DNA from: Candidatus Peregrinibacteria bacterium
Lineage (GTDB): Bacteria; Patescibacteriota; Gracilibacteria; CAIRYL01
Assembly (NCBI GenBank): GCA_016220175.1
Contig: JACRHZ010000075.1
Location: forward strand, 1-63,373
Length of the DNA stretch: 63,373 nt
Direction of reading: 5' to 3'
In this document: positions 29,537 through 39,219 of the stretch, piece by piece
Layout: every line of letters begins with the position of its first letter
Position numbering within the stretch: position 1 is the stretch's first letter
Made by a program: the position numbers and the translations under genes
Notes under the pieces: generated by a model
Database searches by the model: none
Seen by the model: only the letters and a program-made list of their open reading frames with translations
What the model was told of the DNA's origin: nothing

Positions 29537-29767
29537 TGATGAAAAGGAAACGTTGTGGAGCAACTCAAAAGAGTTGCTGGTATATTCAAAGTACTAAGAG
29601 ATATGTAAGAATCAAGGGAAAGGGAGTTGCGGAGAGTTACTTGAGAACAAATGTCTCGTGAGGGAGCATGCAATCCCTACTGTTTGTAACGAATGAGAAG
29701 GTTGTGGATTTCGCCACGTATCACTCACCAGCTTGTTAGGCAGTAGGACTCCCTTCCCTTTTCATCA
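29537..29767 (+). ncRNA. candidate IS110 bridge RNA
   Basis: An 11-bp long-range stem (29537-29547 with 29757-29767) closes a ~230-nt region with internal hairpins (agcaactc-aaaa-gagttgct). It sits directly upstream of the transposase ATG. It contains GAGGGAGC, complementary to the element 3' end GCTCCCTC. Confidence 0.4.
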
Positions 29768-29784
29768 TTTTACCCAATTTTTTT

Positions 29785-30738
29785 ATGAAATGCATCGGCA
29801 TTGATGTTTCCTCCAAGAAACTCAACATCTATAGGAATGATACTAAAGAGAGTTTTGAGATTGAAAACACACAAAATGCTTTAGAAAAATTTGAGAAGCA
29901 AAAGAAATTAGAATCTGATGAATATGTGATAGGGGTCGAATCAACTGGTCGATATCATTTTGTGTGTCAGGAGTACTTTGTTATGAAGGGATACGAATTT
30001 CGTTGTTTGAATCCACTTCTCACGAACAAAGTAATATTTGCGACTGTGCGAAAGAAAAAAACGGACAAATCAGATGCGGAAGTAATTGCATTTTTATTGA
30101 ATTTAGGAGAAGGACAAAAGGTAACAAAAGAACAACTGCGAACCACAAAGAGGACAATTCTCCGCACCAGAAAAAAATTGGTACATCAAAAGACAGTTTT
30201 GAAATTATTACTTCAGGAACTAGGAAAAGAGCATCAAAACAAGGGCATTACGGAAACAAAAGCTTCTCTTCAAAGAGTTCTCATAACGATCGAAGATGAA
30301 ATAAAAGTATTGGAGAAAGAGGCAATGGGAGTTTCTGAAACGAAGGCAGAAAAACTCATTCGATCAATTCCTGGATTTGCTACGCAACTCGCAGGAGTGG
30401 TCGCGACAGAAGTTGGAGATTTTACGAGGTTTTCTGCTGCAACGCAGTTTAAGGCGTATGTCGGGATTGATCCGAAAGTATCTCAGTCAGGGGCAACTCA
30501 TTACACCGGAAAAATAACAAAGAGGGGAAATCCGTATCTTCGATGCGCATTCTATCTTGCCGCACAAGTCGCGAGACAACATGATCCGGAACTGAAAGCT
30601 TTTTACGAGAAAAAAATAGGGGAAGGAAAAAACTTCAGAGTGGCAATTTGTGCAGTTGCGAGAAAGCTCTGTGAAAGAGTTTACGCCGTAGTAATGAGAG
30701 GTGTTCCTTACCAAATACGAGAACTCTCTTTCTCTTGA
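29785..30738 (+). CDS. IS110-family transposase (DEDD RuvC-like N-domain plus Ser C-domain)
   Basis: IGIDVS, GVESTGRYH, KTDKSDAEVIA, IPGFATQLAGVVATEVGDFTRF, and GIDPKVSQSG...KRGNPYLR. Confidence 0.92.
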   Translation: MKCIGIDVSSKKLNIYRNDTKESFEIENTQNALEKFEKQKKLESDEYVIGVESTGRYHFVCQEYFVMKGYEFRCLNPLLTNKVIFATVRKKKTDKSDAEVIAFLLNLGEGQKVTKEQLRTTKRTILRTRKKLVHQKTVLKLLLQELGKEHQNKGITETKASLQRVLITIEDEIKVLEKEAMGVSETKAEKLIRSIPGFATQLAGVVATEVGDFTRFSAATQFKAYVGIDPKVSQSGATHYTGKITKRGNPYLRCAFYLAAQVARQHDPELKAFYEKKIGEGKNFRVAICAVARKLCERVYAVVMRGVPYQIRELSFS

Positions 30739-30897
30739 TTTTGATATAGAAGGCTCCCTCGGAAAACGTTTCAGAGCAATCGAGACGATTGCTCCAGCAC
30801 AAGATTTTTCTATTTTGATATTCGGTCTAAATCTTCTTCGATAATTTTTATCAATGCCGGGGTATCGTCAACCAATGTGGCAGTATCGGAGCTTGAA

Positions 30898-30935
30898 TTC
30901 TTTCCCCAAAGAGTCACCCGTCCTCGGGTGACCTC
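30898..30935 (+). repeat. 38-bp direct repeat, copy 2
   Basis: ttctttccccaaagagtcacccgtcctcgggtgacctc. Followed by the GC hairpin GAGTCGCCCC-agga-GGGGCGACTC (30936-30959). Confidence 0.7.
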
Positions 30936-30969
30936 GAGTCGCCCCAGGAGGGGCGACTCTTAGGAAAAC

Positions 30970-31038
30970 GAGAGGTGTTCCTTACCAAATACGGCAACTT
31001 TCTTTATCTTGATTTTGATATAGAAGGCTCTCTCGAAA
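30970..31038 (+). mobile_element. solo copy of the IS110 3' end (last ~14 codons plus right end)
   Basis: About 90% identical to 30696-30765 (gagaggtgttccttaccaaatacg...cttgattttgatatagaaggctc). It would encode RGVPYQIRQLSLS*. Confidence 0.65.
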
Positions 31039-31139
31039 GGACCAAAACTCAGGAAAGGTCATGCGTGGATGCATGCCCCCCACGAAATATTACTAATAAA
31101 TTTTTCTTAAAAAAAGCCAGAAGAATTAACATAAAATTC

Positions 31140-31467
31140 TAGCACTCAGAATAAAGAAGTGCTAATATCACCGAGTCCTTCTCTGCTAAGATGAAGGAGC
31201 CGATGGTGAGAAAATGGCGACATGAAGAATATAAGCCATAATCACCAAAGGGCGCCACCGACGCGCGTCGGTGGTCGGAACCTTATAAGGGTACGACGTA
31301 AGTCGTGGTCAGATAGGGGATCCAAACTCGGGAAAGAGTTCCGAGCGGGAGAAATCCCAACCAATCGGAATCTTAGCCACGCAAGTGGCTGAGGATTCCA
31401 AAAGAACTCAGAACCGAGAGAGTCAGGCTCTTAAAAAAAGAGCTTGACTCACCGAGTCCTTTTTTTG
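31140..31467 (+). ncRNA. structured non-coding region upstream of the RT (candidate RT-associated ncRNA)
   Basis: No ORF. Visibly GC-richer than other spacers. Stems at 31140-31164, 31205-31246, 31255-31274, 31367-31399 (GCAA loop) and 31420-31450 (13 bp). Small hairpin GACTC-acc-GAGTC plus a T7 run at the 3' end. Bracketed by a 13-nt direct repeat. Confidence 0.45.
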
Positions 31468-31483
31468 TTATCTCTTTAATCAC

Positions 31484-32734
31484 ATGCCAATATCTCTCCA
31501 AAACTTGAGCAAAATAAGGTCACTCGAAACGGCTTGGGGGTTAGTAAAAAGTAGAAAATCTATTGAAAGTCGGAAGAACTCACGAGGAATTGATAAGGTC
31601 AGTTTAGAAGATTTCGAAAAAAATTTATCAGAAAACCTTAACTTAATCAGCAATAAATTAAGAAATAACTCTTATGAACCAGATTCAGTTAAAATAGTTC
31701 CACAAAAAAAAGAAAATGGTAAATATCGATTCATAGCTGTACCTACAATAAGAGATAGAATAGTACAAAGAGCAATGTTGGAGTTATTTATGCCATATAT
31801 AAAAAATATTATACAAACTGGGGTGAGTTATTGTGGTGTGAAAAATGATGAAAATGAAGCTATGTGTACTAAAAAAGCTGTTAAAAAAATTATAGATCAC
31901 ATTAAAAATGGTCTCTTTTGGTTTTTTAAGTCAGATATAGAGGGCTTTTTTGATAATATACCTAAGAAATCGATTCTTAAAAAAATTCAAAATAAAATTC
32001 CATTAAGCGAAGAGGTTTTTAAGCTGACAAAAAAATACATTCATTATCAAGTTGGCAACCCTGAGGTATTCCAAAAACACAGGCTAAAAATACCTGACGA
32101 TATATTAGGAATAACACAAGGATCGGCTCTTTCACCAGTCTTTGCTAATTTATATTTAGCCGATTTTGACAGAAAAGTAAAAAAAGTTTTTGGAGACAGA
32201 TTTATTAGATATGTGGATGACTTTGTCGTTATATGTAAAGATCAAAAAGAGGCAAAAGAAGCATTGAATTTTTTAAAAGATGAGATAAAAAAAATAGACC
32301 TCAGTTTGCCAAACGAAAACAAGAAAGATTCAAAAACAAGGACTGGAAACCTGCGAGCTTCAAATAAAATTGATTTTTTAGGCTTAGCCATTGATCGTAA
32401 TAGGATTTGTCCAAAAGGCGGAATTAAAGAGTTGAGATTTAAAATACAAAATAAGTTGAAACTAAAAAAGAAAAATGGGGAAGAATATAAATCTGTAAAA
32501 CGCAATGGAAAAGAATATAGTGTTCGTGAGCAAATCGAAGAAAAAATCATGGGATGGGCAAAGCATTACAGTTTCTACCATGTAAAAGAACTATATGAGT
32601 CTTTAGATATCTTCATAAGAGAAAGAGCGAAAAACACAAAACTTTTGAAAGGAATGATTGGATTAGGAACAATAAAATTGTCACCTATCATCTCTGAAGG
32701 CGATTGGCAAAAAATGTTCTCAACAAAACATTAG
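31484..32734 (+). CDS. reverse transcriptase, group-II-intron-like, free-standing (no En domain, no intron RNA domains)
   Basis: RT0-7 motifs: GIDKVSLEDF, RFIAVPTIRDRIVQRA, SDIEGFFDNI, QGSALSPVFANLYL, YVDDF and IDFLGL. Thumb-like MGWAKHYSFY. Confidence 0.9.
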   Translation: MPISLQNLSKIRSLETAWGLVKSRKSIESRKNSRGIDKVSLEDFEKNLSENLNLISNKLRNNSYEPDSVKIVPQKKENGKYRFIAVPTIRDRIVQRAMLELFMPYIKNIIQTGVSYCGVKNDENEAMCTKKAVKKIIDHIKNGLFWFFKSDIEGFFDNIPKKSILKKIQNKIPLSEEVFKLTKKYIHYQVGNPEVFQKHRLKIPDDILGITQGSALSPVFANLYLADFDRKVKKVFGDRFIRYVDDFVVICKDQKEAKEALNFLKDEIKKIDLSLPNENKKDSKTRTGNLRASNKIDFLGLAIDRNRICPKGGIKELRFKIQNKLKLKKKNGEEYKSVKRNGKEYSVREQIEEKIMGWAKHYSFYHVKELYESLDIFIRERAKNTKLLKGMIGLGTIKLSPIISEGDWQKMFSTKH

Positions 32735-32748
32735 CAAATTATTTCCTG

Positions 32749-33981
<1,233 letters not shown>

Positions 33982-33985
<4 letters not shown>

Positions 33986-35712
33986 ATTTTTATCCATTTA
34001 AGAATTTTTTTCTCCACCTCATCAATTCCGACTTCTTCCGTTTTTTCCGAACTTCGTTCTTTCCATTCCACAGAATTTTTTTCCAGAGTTCGTGGAGAAA
34101 TCACAATTCTCAGCGGAATTCCAATCAAATCTGCGTCAGCGAATTTTTTTCCCGGACTTTCTTCTCGATCATCCACCAGCACTTCGATTCCTTTTTTCTC
34201 CAGCGCTTTTTCGAGGTCTTCTGCTTTCTTCAGAGAAGTTTCGAATTCTCCCGTTTTTCCAATGGGAACAATGATGACGTGGTATGGCGCAATACTTTTT
34301 GGCCAGAGAATTCCTTTCTCATCGTGAAACGCTTCCACCGCTGTTCCCATAAGTCTCGTCACGCCGATGCCATAACATCCCATCAAAACTTGCTTCAATT
34401 TTCCATCTTTGTCCGTGAATTTAAAATCAAATGCATCAGAATATTTTGTTTCGAGATCAAAAATATTTCCGACTTCTACACATTTTTCCGCTTTCAAAAC
34501 ATGTCCACTTTTTACTGAAGTAAAGCCTTCTTTGACCAACGCGAAATCGGCGAAATCTTCAAAATTACAGTCTCGTTCGACATTTGCATTGAAATAATCG
34601 TGATTCATTGTGTTTGCTCCGGTACAAAAATCTCTCATCTTTTTCACCGAATGATCGGCATAGAATTTAATTTTTGAATTTTTTATTGGTGAAATAAATC
34701 CTTCCGCGAGTCCTTTTGCCGCAAGTTCTTCTGAAGTTGCTGGACGAAATTCTTCGGTTTGGAAATACGAGGAAACTTTGTGCATATTGATTTCCAAATC
34801 TCCACGAACAGAAACCCCGACCATTTCTGATTCTTTTTCTCCTTTTTTTCGAATGAGGAGAATAAGTGTTTTTAGAATTTCCCATTCGTGAATTTTGTAC
34901 TGTTCAGCAGTTTTCGAAATACTTTTTGGTCGAGGAATTTCTTTTTCTTCGAGCGGCAATTCCTTTTCTTTCCACTTTTCTAAAAGTTCTTTTGGCTCCG
35001 GAGCATTTCCCACCGCAATTTCAGAATTTTGCGGATGAAGAAGTTTTCCCTTCTCTTCCTCAAAAATAACGGTGTCTTCTCCCGCCGGAGTAATCGTCAC
35101 GAATTCGTGCGAAACTTTTTTCGTGAAAATTCCTCCGGAAGCTTCGATCGCATACGCCGTGAGTCCGCACCTTGCAAAAACTTTCAAATACGCGTCATAC
35201 ATTTTTTGATAATACTGATCGAGATCTTCTTGCGCCCTATGAAACGAATACGCATCTTTCATAAGAAATTCTCTTCCACGAAGAATTCCTGATTTCGCTC
35301 GCGGTTCATTTCGGAATTTTGTCTGAATTTGATACAAAGACATCGGCAAATCTTTCCAAGATTTAATATATTCTTTTGCAATTGGCGTCACCATTTCTTC
35401 ATGACTAAACCCGAGAATCGTTCGATCTGTTGGTCTGTACGCAATGTCAAGTTTGTCGCGTCCGGTTTTTTCCCAGTTTTCAAGCGGAGTAATCGCGGTC
35501 ATTCCGATTTCGACAGAATCGATCGCATTCATTTCTTCTCGAATAATTTGTTCAATTTTTCTCACGACACGTTTTCCGAGTGGAAGAAGGGAATACACTC
35601 CCGCAAGTTCTTTTTTCATAAAATTTCCCTGAGTGAGGAGCTTTGCGTTGATAGAATCAGCGTCGGAAGGAGCTTCTTTAGTTGTGCGAATGGCGGCTTT
35701 TGTAAATTTCAT
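33982..35712 (-). CDS. proS: proline--tRNA ligase
   Basis: Class II aaRS, FRNEPRAKSGILRGREFLMKDAYSF, and GCYGIGVTR. 576 aa. Confidence 0.93.
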
Positions 35713-35890
35713 ATGGAAATGGATGAGGATAAAATTATTCGGAGGAATTGGATGTGTTAATTTCGAATTTTAAATTTTAAAATTTCTAAATAAATTCTAA
35801 TTTTTAAATCTTAATTTCCAAACATTAAAAATTAGACATTAAGATTTATTTAAAAATTTCAAAATTTCAAAATTAAAAATTCTCCAAAAA

Positions 35891-36301
35891 TCATATCATA
35901 ACAAGAAGAAACGTAACTCCCACTCCCAAAAATATTCCCGTCATCATTTCCACAAATGTGTGCCCAAGGCGTTCTTCGAGTTTTTTCTCTCCGATGAGAT
36001 AATTGAGAACTTTCGCATGTTTCCCCGCTTCCCATCTCAGTTTTATCGCATCGTAGAGGACAATTACAGAAAATACACTTGAGAGGGCGAATTCAATAGA
36101 TGAAATTCCATATACAAGAAATATTGTCATAGTCAGGCTTGAAACCAGTGTTGCGTGTGCAGAAGGCATTCCGCCAGACCTCGCAAAATCACTCCAGTGA
36201 ATTTTTTTTTCTTTCCAAAAACAAATCAGAAGTTTCAATATTTCCGCAGAAAGAAGAGCTATAAATGGGGTAACCACCGGAAATTTGAGAAAAATATTCA
36301 T
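35891..36301 (-). CDS. divergent PAP2-family membrane protein (DUF212)
   Basis: GGMPSAHATLVSSL motif, 136 aa, 4 TM segments. Confidence 0.75.
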   Translation of the reverse strand: MNIFLKFPVVTPFIALLSAEILKLLICFWKEKKIHWSDFARSGGMPSAHATLVSSLTMTIFLVYGISSIEFALSSVFSVIVLYDAIKLRWEAGKHAKVLNYLIGEKKLEERLGHTFVEMMTGIFLGVGVTFLLVMI

Positions 36302-36438
36302 GAGTTCCCAAGAAAGGAAGCGGGAATATGATGCTATTTTTTCAGAAAAATGGCTCCCTCACAAGTTCTTCCCGAAAATACATTTGTTTCTGGCAAAAAA
36401 TAGTGGCAGACTACCTCTGTATTTTTCTTGCATACGCT

Positions 36439-37182
36439 ATGACAGAACACATTGGAATGGGCGATCTTGGTGATACGTCGCTCTTTTCGGGGAGAAGAAT
36501 TTCAAAAGAAAGCCAGTGCATTGAGGCTGTGGGGAATACTGATGAACTGAATGGAGTCCTCGGGATGATTTTGACCATGGATCTCCAGCCTGAATCGCGT
36601 GAAATTTTGGAAACGATATCACATATGACTTTCGACATAGGAGCTGAAATTTGCGCAGAAGGGAAATTCATGGCAGAAAATGTTTCTTCGAGTGAGGTTA
36701 TCAAAATGACCGAATGGATTCTCTTTTTGGATGAAAAACTTCCAGAACTTCGAGAATTTATGCTCCCGAGTGGAGCTCAAGCAGCCATTTGGCTCAATTA
36801 TGCTCGAGCAGTAACGAGGAGGCTTGAAAGGAGCCTTGTCCCGCTCTTAAGGACGCAGTATATCCGTGCTGAACTTTTTGCCTTTGTAAACCGACTCTCT
36901 CGGCTTCTTTTCTCATTGGAAAGATGGGAGAATTTCCGAAAATCTGGAGAAGAAACGAAATGGAAAAAGGGAAGAAAACTCCCAGAAATTCCGTTTAAAA
37001 ATTCTGTAATCACAAAGAACATCGATGTCGGAACTGATGAGACTCTGAATAGCAAAGTACATAAAAAATATGAGAGCGACAGAACAACAGAAAAAGGAAA
37101 TTTGGTTGCGGACCAATTTGATGCGGATATTCCTGTTCAAGAGGAAGAAGTTCCAGATGTTCAAAGTTCAATTTTTTCATAA
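36439..37182 (+). CDS. ATP:cob(I)alamin adenosyltransferase, PduO type, with a C-terminal extension
   Basis: GDLGDTSLFSG..ISK...IEAVGNTDELN signature. Start set at MTEHIG (36439). Confidence 0.8.
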   Translation: MTEHIGMGDLGDTSLFSGRRISKESQCIEAVGNTDELNGVLGMILTMDLQPESREILETISHMTFDIGAEICAEGKFMAENVSSSEVIKMTEWILFLDEKLPELREFMLPSGAQAAIWLNYARAVTRRLERSLVPLLRTQYIRAELFAFVNRLSRLLFSLERWENFRKSGEETKWKKGRKLPEIPFKNSVITKNIDVGTDETLNSKVHKKYESDRTTEKGNLVADQFDADIPVQEEEVPDVQSSIFS

Positions 37183-37997
37183 TGTTCATGTCTCCATCTC
37201 TTGGATTCATTGGTGCCGGAAACATGGGATCAGCACTGATTTCCGCGTTTTTAACGTCCGAAAATATCTTGCGAGCAAATCTCAAAATATGCGACCGCAG
37301 CTCTGGAAAACTCGAATATTTTCGAAAAATGGGAATACAAGTTTCGGAAGATCCAAATGTCGTCATCCGTGGATCTGATATCATATTTCTTGCCATCAAA
37401 CCACAAGATGTTCAAACATTTTTTGGTTCTGTTCGAGATTCTCTAAGAAAAAACGTACTTTTAGTATCAATAGCTGCTGGGATTTCAATTCATTTTCTTC
37501 AGAAGATCAGCGATATTTCAAAAGTAATTCGAGTGATGCCAAATACTCCAGCACTCGTAAAAATGGCGGTAGCGGGAATGTTCCCGTCGAAAGAAGTAGA
37601 AAAGAAAGAATATGAATATGTGAAAAATCTTTTCCACACATGTGGCGTTACAATCGACTGTACATCTGAAGAGCAAATTGATGCCATTACGGCTCTTTCA
37701 GGAAGTGGTCCAGCATATTTTTTCCGAATTCTCGAAATTTTTTCTCAAAAAGCACAAAAATTTGGATTTTCTGAATCAGACGCGAAAAACATCGCACTCG
37801 GAACTTTGCGAGGAACAGGAGAACTCGCGCAACAATCCGAAGATTTTTTTCAAACTCTTCGGGAAAAAGTCACATCCAAAGGCGGAACAACGGAGGCAGC
37901 ACTAAAAAAATTTGAAGAACTCAGACTCGAAAATGTCCTAAATGCAGGAATTCAGGCGGCGTATGAAAGGGCGAGGGAAATCAGCAATAAGCAGTAG
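37182..37997 (+). CDS. proC: pyrroline-5-carboxylate reductase
   Basis: LGFIGAGNMGSALI, VMPNTPA, and SKGGTTEAAL. Confidence 0.9.
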   Translation: MFMSPSLGFIGAGNMGSALISAFLTSENILRANLKICDRSSGKLEYFRKMGIQVSEDPNVVIRGSDIIFLAIKPQDVQTFFGSVRDSLRKNVLLVSIAAGISIHFLQKISDISKVIRVMPNTPALVKMAVAGMFPSKEVEKKEYEYVKNLFHTCGVTIDCTSEEQIDAITALSGSGPAYFFRILEIFSQKAQKFGFSESDAKNIALGTLRGTGELAQQSEDFFQTLREKVTSKGGTTEAALKKFEELRLENVLNAGIQAAYERAREISNKQ

Positions 37998-38060
37998 GCA
38001 GTAAGCAATAAGTTCGAATTGAATAACTTATCGCCTATTGCTTATTGCTTACTGCTTGCC
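37983..38060. repeat. heptamer (GCAGTAA/GCAATAA) inverted array
   Basis: agcaataagcagtaggcagtaagcaataag ... cttatcgcctattgcttattgcttactgcttgcc. Confidence 0.8.
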
Positions 38061-38063
38061 GAG

Positions 38064-39188
38064 CTATTCTTCCTTAAAATAATGAATGTAATCCTCTTGC
38101 CTGATGATTCCATCTTCCGCGAGTTGTTCTGCATATTTCTCCATTCGAATCATTCCGAGTGAAGCTCCAGATTGGATTGCATTCGGCATCTGCGCAACAT
38201 CTCCTTGACGAATAAGATTTCGAATAGCGGCATTTACCACCATGAATTCGTAAATTGCAACTCGTCCTGGACGATCTGCCCTCGGTACAAGTCTCTGAGA
38301 AATAACTCCGATGAGCGTATCCGCAAGACGTGAATATATTTGCATCTGTTGTTCTGGCGGGAACGCACTTGCGATTCTCGAAATTGTTTGAGGAGCGCTT
38401 GACGTGTGGAGTGTAGAAAATACGAGATGTCCTGTTTCAGAAAGGTTCATCGCCGCCATAATTGTTTCTGGATCACGCATTTCTCCGATCATAACGACAT
38501 CTGGATCCTGACGAAGAGCTCCACGAAGAGCATTTGCGAATGAAAGAGTGTCAGAACCGATTTCACGTTGAGAGATAATCGACTTGTCAGGCGTAAATAC
38601 GAACTCGATAGGATCTTCAATTGTCAAAATATGTTCGACACGATGTTTATTAATATGATCGAGCATTGACTGCATGGATGTTGATTTTCCTGATCCCGTT
38701 GGTCCGGTGACCAGAATGAGTCCCTGTTTTGCGCGAATGAGATTATATACGGCGTGAGGAAGTCCAATTTCATCAATAGACCATGCTGCTGACGAAATTC
38801 TCCTCATTACGCCTGAAAGATTTTTTCGTTTATAAAAAAGATTCACACGGAATGCGGTTCCATCTTTATGTTCGTATGCAAAATCAAGTTCCCGAGTACG
38901 AATCAATGTTTCTTTCATCGATTCTGTAGGAATCATGCCGTAAATAATACGCTCTGATTGCTCTCTTGTAAGTGGTGGAACATTATCCACAAAACAAATT
39001 TGTCCGTTAATACGAATGGCGATACGAGCATTTGCCCCAAAGTGAATGTCGGACGCTTCTTGATCGATGACGAGGTCCAGTAGGTCATCAAGAGAGACTT
39101 CATCTCCAATATTTTCAAGTTTCACCTCATGATCGGGCTCTTGGACTTCTTCTTCATCCTGTTCTTGCATGAGTTCTTCATTGATCAT
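38064..39188 (-). CDS. pilT: type IV pilus retraction ATPase PilT
   Basis: LILVTGPTGSGKST Walker A, ILTIEDPIEF, VMIGEMRD, and GHLVFSTLHT. Confidence 0.88.
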   Translation of the reverse strand: MINEELMQEQDEEEVQEPDHEVKLENIGDEVSLDDLLDLVIDQEASDIHFGANARIAIRINGQICFVDNVPPLTREQSERIIYGMIPTESMKETLIRTRELDFAYEHKDGTAFRVNLFYKRKNLSGVMRRISSAAWSIDEIGLPHAVYNLIRAKQGLILVTGPTGSGKSTSMQSMLDHINKHRVEHILTIEDPIEFVFTPDKSIISQREIGSDTLSFANALRGALRQDPDVVMIGEMRDPETIMAAMNLSETGHLVFSTLHTSSAPQTISRIASAFPPEQQMQIYSRLADTLIGVISQRLVPRADRPGRVAIYEFMVVNAAIRNLIRQGDVAQMPNAIQSGASLGMIRMEKYAEQLAEDGIIRQEDYIHYFKEE

Positions 39189-39219
39189 ATGTGTGTGTAT
39201 TTAAAATAAGAACTTCGGA

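Larger units (their letters stand above)
29233..30768 (+). mobile_element. IS110-family insertion sequence (boundaries approximate)
   Basis: DEDD/Ser transposase ORF preceded by ~550 nt of non-coding, structured sequence with no terminal inverted repeats, as expected for IS110. The right boundary is inferred from where the duplicated 3'-end copy (30970-31038) stops matching. The left boundary is a guess. Confidence 0.55.

Noticed and set aside
29458-29673. 71-aa minus-strand ORF inside the IS110 5' arm
   Set aside because: It overlaps the terminator-like hairpin and the structured region. It has no motif. IS110 5' arms are expected to be non-coding.
31168-31448. DRT2-style never-ending ORF across a concatenated 281-nt repeat unit
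   Set aside because: Hand check: all three sense frames hit stops within ~75 nt. All three antisense frames also contain stops (tca/cta/tta at 31168, 31242 and 31283, among others). In addition, 281 is not a multiple of 3. A shorter internal template cannot be excluded.
31140-31467. Retron msr/msd upstream of the RT
   Set aside because: No flanking a1/a2 inverted repeats were found; the ends are direct repeats. RT motif 7 reads FLGL (group-II-like) rather than the retron VTG type as I recall it. There is no adjacent effector gene.
31040-32748. Complete mobile group II intron
   Set aside because: No GUGYG-like 5' end was seen. There is no room for domains V/VI, because the RT stop is 14 nt from the intact tgt stop codon. 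No En or D domain is present. It remains possible only as a 3'-truncated relic.
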